A DNA stretch of 64,000 bases from Saprolegnia diclina VS20 (Eukaryota): NCBI RefSeq assembly GCF_000281045.1, contig NW_008246135.1, positions 38,676 to 102,675 on the forward strand. The letters run 5' to 3'. This document shows, one piece after another, positions 50,680-62,673 of this stretch. The first letter of the stretch is position 1; each line of letters opens with the position of its first letter. The position numbers were made by a program, and so were the translations under genes. The notes beneath the pieces were generated by a model. It had not been told where the DNA came from. It worked only from the letters and a program-made list of their open reading frames with translations, and did no database searches.

Positions 50680-52953
50680 ATGCTCAAGCTCCAGATCCCG
50701 TTCCTCGTCACGACAGCGTCCTCGGAAGACGATGACGTACGCGCGTCTCTCTTGGTCGTATCCGAATGCGAATGGGATAGCACCCGTCGATCCACCTGCA
50801 GTCCTCGACGTCGCAAGGGTGGCAGTCCTCCAAGTACGAACCAACGCCTTCGCATCTCATATTGAGCGACAGGATCCCATCGAGTAGGTTGTGCGAGTAC
50901 CCGCAGGAGCTCGTGCTCATGGTCAACCACGGCAACGCCGTCCGCGTGTCTAAGGTCCCTTGTCATCGTACTCGGTCCTAGCATGACTCGCTGTCCTAGT
51001 GCCAACTGCTAATGCACCAGACCAAGATTCCGTCCCGCGTTGACGTTCACGTCAAGCCCCGGCTCAACGCCGCCTTTGTGCTCTTGGGGTATGTGGGCCT
51101 CGACTCGAACGTCTCGACGCAGTACAACGCCCGCGAGCTCAAGACGATCGCGATCGACCGCGACGTCGCGTACCTCAAGCTCGTGCTGCACAGCTGCCAC
51201 CGAAATCGCATCAACGTGTTTGACCAAGTACACATTGTCATATGTCCCTTGCGAATAGGATTCAATTCTCCCATTAGGTCGGGCTCGTCTCGGTCAGCTT
51301 GTACGGCCACACCGCACTGGACCCGCAGAGCCCTCAGAAACGCAAGGCCAACATGTCTCTCAACCCCGTGCAGCTACCAAGCTGTCGCAGTACCCCGCGC
51401 GACGACACGCACTACGACTGCTTTGCCGTAGCGCACCCGACGCAGCGCGCTGTCCGCGTCTCGCTGCGTCAAGTCCTCGAGCACCTCCGGCGGTCGCGCC
51501 AAATGTGCGTCGACGCCCAAGACTATGCGCTCGCCAAGACGCTCAAGGGCCAAGAAGAGATGTGCCGAGCGTATGCCCAGCAGCTTCAGCAACTGCAGAG
51601 CCAAAAATGCGCGGTCGTCGCCAACGAAGACTTTGAGGCGGCGACGCTCCTCAAGCTCGAGATGGACGCGGTGCTAAGCAACGTCGAGGGCCTCTTAGCG
51701 ATGGCGCTGAGCGCCGTGCCCGACACCCCGGCCCTCCCAAGCCCAAAACGGACAACGGCCATGCCGGTGTTGGTGACCCGCCGCCCGGAAACGAGCGTCA
51801 CGCGACCCCTCTCGGCCATTGAAAAGACACAAGACGCCGAGCCACTGCCACCCGACTTTGGCACAGTATATGCAGTTAGGTTTCGTGGTGCATGACCTGA
51901 GTCGTAGGCGTCTGAGGCGATTGCGTCAGTGTGCCCGCTGCGCGTGCTGGCAGAGGCCTGCAGCGCCCACGCCCACCTTCGCGACCGAGGTCTACCCCAG
52001 CTTGTGACGATTTTTGAGCGTGTGCCCGCCGATGCGCTGCCTGGCACGGTCTACCTTGCGTGGTTGAGCGTTGGCTGCATCTCACCTCTGGAACACGTAC
52101 GTGCGGGTACCAAGTGGCGCGGACAGTGACGTGCTTGGCGCAGGTGATGGCGGTGGCCACGCGGCTACTGGTGCTGCTTGTGGGTCGCCTTCGCGACGTC
52201 TCGGGCTTCTTGCAGTCGGTATGTGGACTGCGTGCTTGCATTGCTTTTGAGCTCGGTTGGCCCGTAGATGCCAAACGTTCTCGCACGACTCCTGCATCGT
52301 TTGGGCGACGGCTCAAGCACCATTCGCAACTTTGCAGCCAGCGCTCTTCTCCAGGTCAGGGATACCATTTTGCAGTGTCTCGATGCATCATCTAGTTGGC
52401 GCAACCGTCGCACGTCGATGCGCCTGTCGTTGTGGCTGCTATCAAAGACTATGCTGAGCAGACTGATACTGTCCACTGGCGCGTCCTTTACGGGCTCTTG
52501 CGGGTAAGTACCGCGTTTCGATTCCCTTATGTACTTGTGAGGGGCGTAGCTGTTGACGATGCTGCTGGGGGACTTTCGTAGCGTCACAACCAACGACCTC
52601 ACTGTGCGAATCCGTCGATCTAAGCTCGTGCCGAGGAAGCGATCATTTGTAGGTACTCTTGCCGTTCTTCTGCCGCCACGGCGCCTTTGGCCATACCGTG
52701 ATGCAAGTGGCTGATGCCGCCGACCAGCTCATTGTCACTGTGTACCACGTACTCGCAGTATGGTGAGACGACTTGCGATTGATGCATGCGACTGTAGGAG
52801 CTAGGAAGCGCTAGTGTCGAGCCCTTCTTGGACGCCAACGAGTGCGCGCGCTACCAAGCGCTTCTGCTCGCCGAGTGGGGCCCCCGCGGTGACAAAGACT
52901 GCAGTAGCCAGAAGCAAGACGAAGCTGAAGTCGCTACTACCACACCGTGTTAG
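50680..52953 (+). CDS. CEP104-like protein A (jelly-roll domain, UVR-like coiled coil, HEAT/TOG-like region; multi-exon)
   Basis: GWQSSK..CEYPQELVL, HQTKIPSRV, LGYVGLDSN..YNARELKTI, HRNRINVFDQVGL, AVVANEDFEAATLLK. Confidence 0.75.
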
Positions 52954-55789
52954 GATATTCTACACCCTTTCTTGTCGTTTGACTCTTTCGCCGACGCCTT
53001 TCGGGCTTTGGTGACGACTTGATCGACGACCTTGAGCGTGCCGATCTTGTCGTCGGCGGCGGTCTGCCGAGGCGACTTGGCAGCAACCTCGTTCGTCGGT
53101 GTGATCTGATTCTTCTTGATCGACTTGGCGTCCTTGGCCGGCTCGTTGGGCTTGGCCACGACGGTAGTTTCTGGTACAATGGCGGAAGTTTCCGGTACTA
53201 CTACGCTGCTTTCAACAGATCCCATGGCCGCTGAGGACGGTATACGCGCGTCGTCTCGCATTGACAACACAGGTGTCGATGCCGGATAAATGGCGACGGA
53301 AAGAATCGGGACGGCCCTGGCGTCGTCCACCGGTCGGCTCATGTCGGAGGCTGTGGTTGGCGCTGCGGTCTTGTCCTCGGACGGAAGCGTTGGCTGGAGC
53401 GAAGGCTCCTCGAGTGCTGGCGTGTCGACCGTAGCGCGCTCTTCTGGCTCGAAACCCGAGACGAGATTCGTCGTTGTCATCGTGTCAATAGGCGCTTGTA
53501 GGACCATATTTGCTGGTACGTTTGGCTCGACTAGCATTGGATGCACCCGCTCTTGGTTGGAACCCACGTCGACTGGATCCCGCCTCTTCTCGACGCTGCC
53601 AACAAACGCAACAGAACCTTTCTGGAGTCGTGATTCAAAGCCGTCCAGGGACCCTTCGTCGAGGACGTAGGTGCGCAGCTGCGTCGGCAAGCCAAAGAGC
53701 CGAGCATACGTCTCGACGTGCGCCGTGAGCCGGCGGAGCTCCATGGCGTCGAAGGGGAATTTGCGAAAGAGAGGCACGTGGGCCTCGACCTCGAGCGAGA
53801 CAGCGAGCGCGTCCTGTTGCGCGAGCGCTAAGAGGAGCGTGAGGCACTCGAGGGCCGACCCGCTCACATCCGCACTCGCGTCGTTGACCTGCGCCTTGAG
53901 AAACGATTGCATGTCGGCTAGAAGCGGCTTGTTTTTGGGCAGCGGAATGTCGGCGGCCGCGAACGTGTAGAGCAGATCCTGCAGGCACTTGAGGCATAAG
54001 AGCGTCTCAAACGGCGATGTTGCGGCCTGTGTGCTCTGCCACGTCGCCTCCAAGACGACGTCGGCGATGTGGCGCTGCTGCACGAGAAACCGCAGTGTTC
54101 GGATGCACTCTTCGCGCAAGAGCGTGTTGAACTTGGCGCAAAAATGCAGCAGTTGGCGCGTGATATTCTGCACCAGCGGTCGCAGCACGCCGCGGCGCAG
54201 CTCGTACGTGCCAAACGACGTCGGCGCGTCACTGGGCTTTTCGTACATCGTTCGCACAAGATGCAAGAGCGCAAGGATCACGGGCACCGTGCTGTCGTGC
54301 AACAGAATGGCGTCGACGTAGACACTGTACATCTCGTAGAGCGTCTCGGGATCAAACATGGGCACGAGCACGGCGATGTGCTGCTCGGCGATCTCAATGC
54401 ACGCCCGCCGCACGCGCCAATTCGAGTGGACGCTGGCGTGGACAAAGACGGTCCCAAACATTGTGTTTAGAAACGTGCTCGTTGACGGCGGTAGCGCCGG
54501 CCGAGACGTCGAAGAAGCGTCGCTGCCCTTGAGAGGGCTATGGCCTGGATCATCTCGGCGCCATGCGCGGACTGCAAGGTCAAATATCGATTCGATGCCA
54601 CTCGCTGTGCGTTCATGATCCATTTTGTCTGGCACATCCCGGGCCAAGTCGTCGTCGATGGCCGGCGCGGGCTGGCAGCTCGCAAACGCTTTGGCGATCG
54701 CTCGTTCGCGGGTCGTATGCAGCGCCGCCATGGCCTACGCCACCGAGATGGCACCATTCACTAGATCGTATTGGGGTAGAGAGCCTACCTCGTGATACGT
54801 CAGCGCCGCGTCATAGTCTTCGTTGGCGATTGTATTCGATTTGAGGCGGGACAGCGACTGCATTTGCTGCCCGAGACTCGAGAGCGATCGAACGTGCTCA
54901 GATAAGATCTGCGCTTGGGCGTACGCCTCACTGGCGATGCAGTCGGCCTTGACGAGGAGGACGCTCGCAATGGCCTTGCGCGTGTACTCGTCGACCGCTG
55001 CCGGCGGTGCGCCAAGGTCCGTCACCACGTCCATGGGCACCCCCGTCTCAAGAAGCGCGCGCTGGATGGACGCCATCGACACTTTACGGGCCAACGTGCC
55101 TTGGGCTTTGGTTTCCCCGGTTGGCGGCGTCATCTCGACCCCGAGCAGATCGAGCTGCATGATGGCTACCTACGTACTATGGCATGAGACAACATTTACA
55201 ACAGACAAGGTGACCTGGTTGTAGACGTTTCTCGAGCGCGGACCGTGCACGATGAGCTTGAGCACGTTCAGCGGCTCGTGGACATCGACGCGCATCTCTT
55301 CGGCGCCGTCCACGGCGGTCGCTTCGCGCCACTCGACCGTGCTATGCAAACGTGGCTAACTGCGTGGTGGTCTCGTAGGATATATCTACCAGAGCGGTCG
55401 GCAGTCGGTGCTAAAGTACAAGTGCAGCGGCAGGTCGTCGCGGGCCTCGGGCGACGCCGGGTCGAGATAATGCGTCGCCACCACCGTGTCGTCCCCGATC
55501 AGGAGCTCGACTAGCAAGAAGCGATTGTTGACTGGCGTTGGCAATTATTGCGAGTACCTCGTGAAGGGGCGTACGCACTGTGTGTTGCGAGGCGAATGGT
55601 CTTGATGCAGGCACGCTGGGGCAAGCAGAGACCAAGCTCCTGCGGGTAGCCGCACGACTTGGCCGAGACCCACTCCAAGCCTGTTGGCGCCTGGTTGGCC
55701 ACGCGGCAGTAGTCGTCGATGGGGCTCGGGTACGACGGCGACATGTCCATGGACGATGCATGCACCCGCTCGTGGCGCACCCGCGACAT
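52950..55789 (-). CDS. CEP104-like protein B (divergent), ending in the CaaX motif CRIS (multi-exon)
   Basis: WVSAKSCGYPQEL, NVYNQVAI, IANEDYDAA, HEAT-like HSNWRVRRACI; C-terminus KKGCRIS*. Confidence 0.65.
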
Positions 55790-56302
55790 CAAGAGGTCGT
55801 TTCAGATGCGTCTGTCGTCGTCCCAGATTCCAATTCTGGCACGCAGCACTGAGGCACCACAGCAGTTCTATAGCCCAGCGCCAGACGATTTCACGTCTCC
55901 TCATTACTGTGGCCGCCGTCAAACTCCCACTTTGAGCTCACATGGTCGACGAGAGGTTTGCTCTGGCGCAACACCCGGGGCGTGCGTGGTTTCCGTGGTC
56001 TCACAGGGTATACTTTTCGAATCCGCCTATCGACCTATCTGTCGTAGTGTCTATTGAATCGACAATACTATTGTGGTTGCGCCGCATCGCTTCAACGTCG
56101 CCTTGGGTTTGCTTACGGCGCTTGCGTGTCATTCGAACCTGTCACAATGCATGTCGCGGGCCCGAGTATGCATTCATAGAGGTTAAATACGCGTCGCTGA
56201 TTGGTGGTTATTCGGACAATTGGGATTTTTGGCTGGTTGGCAGGAATGGCTGTTGGAGTATTTTCAACGTGTGTGTCATTTTGATATTGCAGCACCCGTA
56301 AG

Positions 56303-56812
56303 ATGCGTATCCACACGTGCTACTTCTGCTCGAGCCCCGTGTACCCTGGCCATGGCATGGCCTTTGTCCGCAACGACTCGAAGGTCTTCCGCTTCTGCCG
56401 CTCCAAGTGCCACCGCAACTTTAACCGCAAGCGCAACCCGCGCAAGGTCAAGTGGACCAAGGCGTTCCGCAAGGCTGCTGGCAAGGAAATGGCGCTCGAC
56501 ACGACGTTCGACTTCGAGAAGATCCGCAACCGCGCCGTCAAGTACGACCGCGACCTTGTCGGCGCGACGCTCCATGCGATGGCGCGTGTGCAGCAGATCA
56601 AGGAGAAGCGCGAGGCTGCATTCTACAAGAACCGCATGAAGGACTCCAAGGCCAAGCAGAAGGCCCGCGACGTGGCCGAGATCGAACAGAACATCAGCTT
56701 GATCAAGCCCGAGATTGTCTTTGCCAAGGAGCGCGCCCAGCTGAACGCGGCCGACAACGAGCGCGTGACCAACGCGGTGGGCGGCGACGAGGGCATGGAA
56801 ATGGAAGACTAA
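56303..56812 (+). CDS. RLP24: Ribosome biogenesis protein Rlp24 (RSL24D1)
   Basis: [52 protein letters not shown]. Confidence 0.95.
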   Translation: MRIHTCYFCSSPVYPGHGMAFVRNDSKVFRFCRSKCHRNFNRKRNPRKVKWTKAFRKAAGKEMALDTTFDFEKIRNRAVKYDRDLVGATLHAMARVQQIKEKREAAFYKNRMKDSKAKQKARDVAEIEQNISLIKPEIVFAKERAQLNAADNERVTNAVGGDEGMEMED

Positions 56813-57248
56813 GTCTTTCGTATCTAGCCGTGTATTTCATTAATATAGTCTCCATAATTTTGACGCTATCATGCAACACAGGCCCGGCGAGGTAGCCATA
56901 TTGCCGGTCTATCCACGGCTTGAAGGCGGAGGACGATGATTATGCCTCAATTCTTATTGGCGCCAACTCGAAGGGGTCGATACTCCGTCCTGCGAGGGGC
57001 TTGGCAGAGAGGCACGAGCGTAGCGAACACCTTGGAGCTCTGCGTGGGGAGCCGATTGAGAACGTTGTCGTCGGCCAAGGGTCGCTGGGTCGCTGCCGTT
57101 GCCGCGGGCGAGCGCGCATGAATGCCGGAGAAAAGCCGGCGCTACCGGTGCCCGTTTGTGATTGGTTGAAAATCGAATACGACCAAACGCTGAGCTGATT
57201 GGTCGATATCCAAGTTCCCATCGAGCGGCCGATAGCAGCAAGTCCACG

Positions 57249-57807
57249 ATGCCCCGGTACTACTGCGACTACTGCGATACCTACCTCACCCACGACTCGG
57301 TACAGTCGTCGATGGCGGCGCGCTCTCATCTTCCTCCTCCACATGTGTAGCAAGCTGGGCGCAAGCAGCACAACCGCGGCTGGAAGCACCGCGAGAACGT
57401 CAAGCTCTACTACGAGGCGATCGTCCAAGGCAACGGCGCGACCATGACCCGTACGGCGGCTCATTTTCCGCATGGCCTCATGGATTTGGACTTGTAGCTG
57501 GCGCCTGGCTGCGCCCGGATGCGATGCTGCGTGGCCCGCCGCGGCCGATGATGCCAGTGGGCCTCGTCCGGCCCATGGGTATGCCGCCGGGGATGCCTGG
57601 AATGCCTGGGATGCCGCCGGGCATGCCTGCCTATGGCATGCCGCCAGGGCCCATGATGATGCGCCCTCCGCCGCAAGGTAGATCTTGACCTGCTACATGG
57701 TGGCTGACGATGGGCACGTCCTAGGGTTTCCGCCGCGCGGCCCGCCGCCGATGATGCCAATGCACATGCGCCCGCCGCCGCCGATGCAATACCAGCAGCA
57801 TCAATAA
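57249..57807 (+). CDS. SNRPC: U1 snRNP protein C (3 introns)
   Basis: [38 protein letters not shown] plus a Pro/Met/Gly-rich tail. Confidence 0.95.
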
Positions 57808-57913
57808 GACGAGTGGAGTGGACTCGTAGTGCTTGCTCCTAAGATCCTCATAACCTTTGATTAACTTAAAAAAGCTACGCAGCGTCGTTCGCACAAGCAC
57901 ATGTCAATATTGT

Positions 57914-59117
57914 CTACTTGGCCGTTGGCGTCGTGCCGTCCTTCTTGAGAAACATGTTGTAGACAACGGCGAGGATGCCGAGCAGAATCACGAGGCAGAT
58001 GAAGTCCATCATGCACTTGTCGCCGCTGCGACCGACTTGCTCGAGCGTCTTTTTCATTTTGAGATTGAGGTTCTCGACTACACCAAATCGCAATATTGAG
58101 AAATCAACCGCCATATAGAAGGCAGCGAACCGGTGGCTTGGGTGTTGTCGATACGCTCTTCGAGCCCATCCAGCATCATGTTTTGCTTTTGCAATTCCTA
58201 GCAAAATGGAGTGATTAGGCCATGCTGCTGTAGACCAAAGACAAGTCGTACCTCGTTCAAGCCGCGCGCCAAGACGCCGAGCTCCATGACACCGGTTCCG
58301 ATTTGCTCGACCATCCCATCCTACCACAGGACCACAACCATGAGCGGCACGTACGAGATAGAGCTTGTACGATGTGCTGATCTTTTTGCTCGATCTGAAG
58401 CATAATATCGCGGTGTTCGCTTGTCACTTCCTCTTCGTGGTAGCTCGGGCCACCGCCGCCGCTCGCGTTATGCACACCGGTGCCACCACTGCCGGTGCGG
58501 TCGGCAAAGCCCGCAAACTCGGTTGTCGTTGTCGCGGACGGGATGCCAAAGAGGGCAGCACGGTCAAAACCGAGCCCACCGCCTGGCGAGCGCAAGCCTG
58601 GGCTCGCCTTGACGTACGCACTCGAGGCTTGCTCCTTGATGAATGCGAGCTCCGACGTGTATTGGTCGACAAAGTCTTTTCGGATAGCGAGCTCTTCGGG
58701 CGAGAACTTGCTCTAGAGGACCATACATACCATGCGGCAACATGGGTTCTTGCCTTTTTCTTCTTCATCTCGGTTTCGTAGCACTCGGCCATCTCGGCGA
58801 GGTCTTCCTCGACGAGCCGAATGTCGTCGCGCACGCCTTGCTGCTGCTTGATCTTCTCGCGCGGATGCTGCGGCTTCTTGGCCGAAGTAGGCTGGGCCAT
58901 CTCGGTGAGCGTCTACTGGTTGCATGACCACTTCGCCCATGCGATGCAAATGGCGTCGTACGATCTTGAGGCCATGGAGCCGGTCGCTGATCTTGATGCG
59001 GAGCTCGCCAAAGCGGTCGGCGGCCTTGGCGCGGTCCTTCCGCGTCTCCTGGCCGCCCATCTCGACGTTGATGTGGGCGAGCTTCTCGAGGAGCGCGTCA
59101 ACCTCTCTGCTCGACAT
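57914..59117 (-). CDS. Qc-SNARE, SYP7/syntaxin-71-like (multi-exon)
   Basis: SNARE heptads ELGVLARGLNEELQKQNMMLDGLEERID..LNLKMKKTLEQV and a C-terminal TM MDFICLVILLGILAVVY. Confidence 0.8.
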
Positions 59118-59580
59118 GGCTAAAGACGGAATAGCACCTTGGCCGAAACGCTTCGTGTCAAAAAGATTGCAACCCGCCGAAACGGACATTGCGTTTTAGT
59201 CGTTTAAACTACGTCCGGCTGCGTTGAACGCGTTCAACCCATTCAAATGGCCGGATCCCTCCTACCGCGGACACGTGCAAATGAGGCGAGCTGTGTGCTG
59301 CACGATACTAGCACTCGTCTGCCTGGCGTGACAGACTGCCTGAGGACCAAATTGACCCTTGATGAGACTGAGAGCTGGACTGAGTATTACGTAAAACCCG
59401 AAACCTGTGTGGCACCGCGGACGTTTTAGGAGGTTTACCCTCGATCCGCCTTGCCATGTATTTTATTTTTATCCTGAATACTAAAAGCAAGGGAACTATG
59501 TATAAAAATAAAACCAGGACATTGCCATTGCATTCGGATCGGCGCCTTGCATTAGGCCGTGCCAATCATTCGTCGCTGGT

Positions 59581-61183
59581 ATGGCTCCGAAATTGAGCCC
59601 GCAAGCGCTCGCGCATCGGCTCATGACCTTTGCCGACGAAGCGGCGATCACCAAGTTCTTGGCCGAGCAGCTGGTTGCATTCGACGAGCCCAACGAGCAA
59701 GGGTGCACGCTGCTCATCACTGCCTGCGCCTTTGGTACGACGAGGTCGGCCTTGTCTTGGGCCCTTATCTCGGTGGCTAGATCGCGCCGAGCTCTTGCCG
59801 TTGCTGGTCGCCAAGACGACCAACTACGCGGCCGCGACGCACGGGAATCTCAACAACGTATTGCACTTTGCCGCCTTGTCGCCGCATGTAGCATGCCTGC
59901 TGTGCGCTCGCTTGCTCATCGTATGTACCATGTAGCCGACAGTCCTGTCGACGCTCTTGGCAGCAAACTCCGCTGCATTCTCGCGACTCCTCAACACCGG
60001 CAACGCCAACGGCGACACCCGTACGATCGCCTCTCCCTTGCAGCGCCATTGTTGACAGATGCATATAGCGCTCATGGTGGCCTGCACGGCCAAGCACGTC
60101 GACGGCGCGTTGGCCTTGCTCGGCAGCGGCGCCGACCCGATGGCCGCCAACCGCTCTGGCATTACCGCACTCATGTGCGCCGCCCGACTCGAAGAGAATG
60201 AGAATGACAATACCGAAGCGAGCTCGCGCACGTTAGTGACGCGCTTGCTACGCGCGCTGGACGTGAGCGCGCTAAACGCAGTCAACAGCACTGGTCAGTC
60301 GGCGCTGCATTTCGCAGTCCAGAGCCGCAACACGGCAGTGATCCTCGCCTTGCTCACAGGTACGCCTTGAATATTCTGTCGATTTTTGAGGTTGAAAATG
60401 CGTAGCGGGCATCAACATCGGGCTGCGCACCAAGGACGGCTACACGGCGCTCGAGATTGCGCAGGCAGCACCGTACTTTGATGCGGATGCGCTGCTCGCG
60501 ATGGAAGTTGCGTGGGGAACGCTGGAAGCGCAGCTGGAAGCCGACCTTCTGGCGCTTGCCAACGACGAAATCGCGGCGGCACCGAAAGCGTCCAAGAAGA
60601 AGAAGAAGGCGGTCAAGAAGGCTGCAAAAGCCACGCCCGCCGCGACCGACGCCAAGGTAGCAACGCCGATCACGTCATCAGTCCGACCTGCGGCGACCGG
60701 GCCGGCACGGACGAATATGCCTGTGACCACGACGCAGTTATCCGCACCCGCGAAAGACACCGCATCGACAACGATGCCGTCAGCTGGCGCCTGGACGACC
60801 GTGCCGTCCAAGGTCCGGGTCGCGTCGCCGATGCAGGCCAAGGCCTCGCCCATGAAAGCGTCGACGGACGACTGCGCCGAGTGCAGCCACTTGGGCAATG
60901 TCTTGCAAGCGCGGTTTCCAATGTTTGATGAGATGGAGATCACTGTGCGCAACTTTGTGATCGACGACATTGAGCAGCTGAGCATGTCCCAGCTCGAGCT
61001 GCTCCAGGACGCGCACCTGCAGGCCTACCAGCTACTCAACGACAAGAAGGTATTGTCCCTGAGTCTTCTCTCGCATCGCTGACGATGGCGCATTAGATGG
61101 AAATTGCGCGCCGACTCGAAGGCGAGCGGGTCCAAGCCCAGTACGAGCTACAGCATCAAGTGCTGCGTCGTGTAAACTCGTGA
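59581..61183 (+). CDS. Ankyrin-repeat protein with a C-terminal helical region (multi-exon)
   Basis: GCTLLITAC, NNVLHFAA, ALMVAC, GITALMCAA, GQSALHFAV, GYTALEIA. Confidence 0.8.
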
Positions 61184-61321
61184 TTCAAATGCAATGCTTC
61201 GTTGTACATGACGTGAAGGACAAGAGGAGTGTCTGTCACCATGACGCGTGGCATATTGGACAACTTGTCGTCCATGTGACGAGTATACTACGAGTAGTCG
61301 ACTAGTATACACGTTGATAGT

Positions 61322-62553
61322 CTAGTACTGCGATCCTTTTTTGTTGCCAATGCCCTTGGGGTTGGCGTCCTTCCAGTCGTCCCACGACCGGTCGCGGTAC
61401 GTGGCTTCCTCGACCAGCGCGATGTTGTCTTCTTCGCCGTCTTCAATGAGCTGTTCGATGCGGCGCGGGCCCTCGGGTGCGTTCCTAAAACGCGTGAGCC
61501 GACGAGAAGAACAGTGCGTCAAAGTACTTTTGACGCTCTTGGCGGTCGAGGGCGTCGGCAAGCTCTTGGTCGGCGAGCTCCTCCAACGACATGGTCGGGA
61601 GGCGGTGGCCCGGCTGGAAGACGCGGCCCTGGATGACTTCGCGCTTCATCTCCATCTTGGGGTTGATGTGCGTGACCTCCTACATGCTTGCGTGAGGCAA
61701 AACGACAAGCACATGGAGCGCACAATGCCCTGGCCTTGGACCGGCGGCTTGGTCTCGGCCGCGTCCAAGACGCTGTCTGTGTGCAGCTTGGCCATTTGCA
61801 CCTAATACATAAAGCATAGGCGTCGGCGACAGGAGGAAGATGCGAAGGCGTACCATGGTTTCCAGCATCTCCATTTCATTGGCAATCGCGAGCTGGTCTT
61901 CCATGCTCTTGAGCACAGCGACCTGAATGAAGCGGAAGAGAAACTCGCGCTCGAGATCCTCATCAATGTCCTATGAGACTGTGTGAGGCCCACGCGAGAG
62001 GTTGAATACGTCGTACGTCGTCCTTGGCGGCGCGGGCGCGCAGGTTGAGGACGTTGGACAAGGCGGCGTCGGCCTCTTGCTGGAGCTGCCACTTGCGAAT
62101 CTTGTCTTCGCGCGTGTCCTTCTTGCCTTCTTCGAGCTGCGAGAGCTGCTTGGCGCGCTCGGACCGGCGGAGGAGCTCGACCTCGACGCACTGGTCCAGG
62201 AACGCATCCAGGAGCGCAGACGCGTACTTGAGGTTCTTGAGCCGCGCCGACATGAAGTCCGAGCGCGAGCCTTGGACGTTGATCGTGTTGATCTTCTGCG
62301 CGAGCATGCCCAGGTAGTAGTCGATCAAGAGGAACTGCAGCTGGATCGTCTGGAGCTCGTGCGCAGCTTCGTTCGAGCTGTACAAGTCGGCGAGCGCCGG
62401 CGACGCCTTGAGCCGGTGGAAGCGCTCCATGAGCATCGTGAGCTTCTCCTGGAAGGCGAGGCTTCCGCTGCCGAGCTCGTTCTCCATGGCCTCAATGCTG
62501 CGGAAGAGGCCATCGGCCTGCCGCAGCTGCAAGTACGCGTCGACTTCGCCCAT
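61322..62553 (-). CDS. TAP42: TAP42/alpha4 (IGBP1) PP2A regulatory subunit (multi-exon)
   Basis: LYSSNE..ELQTIQLQFLLIDYYLG, REDKI, PTMSLEEL, RSWDDWKDANPKGIGN. Confidence 0.9.
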
Positions 62554-62673
62554 CGCTTTCAACGGGAATATGGACGTGGCATATGCCGAGAATAAATATA
62601 AATTATTGCGGGTCCTAAAATATATTAATGCAAGAGGTTTTGAAGCACCTGCATTCCAAAGATCCAAAGCATC

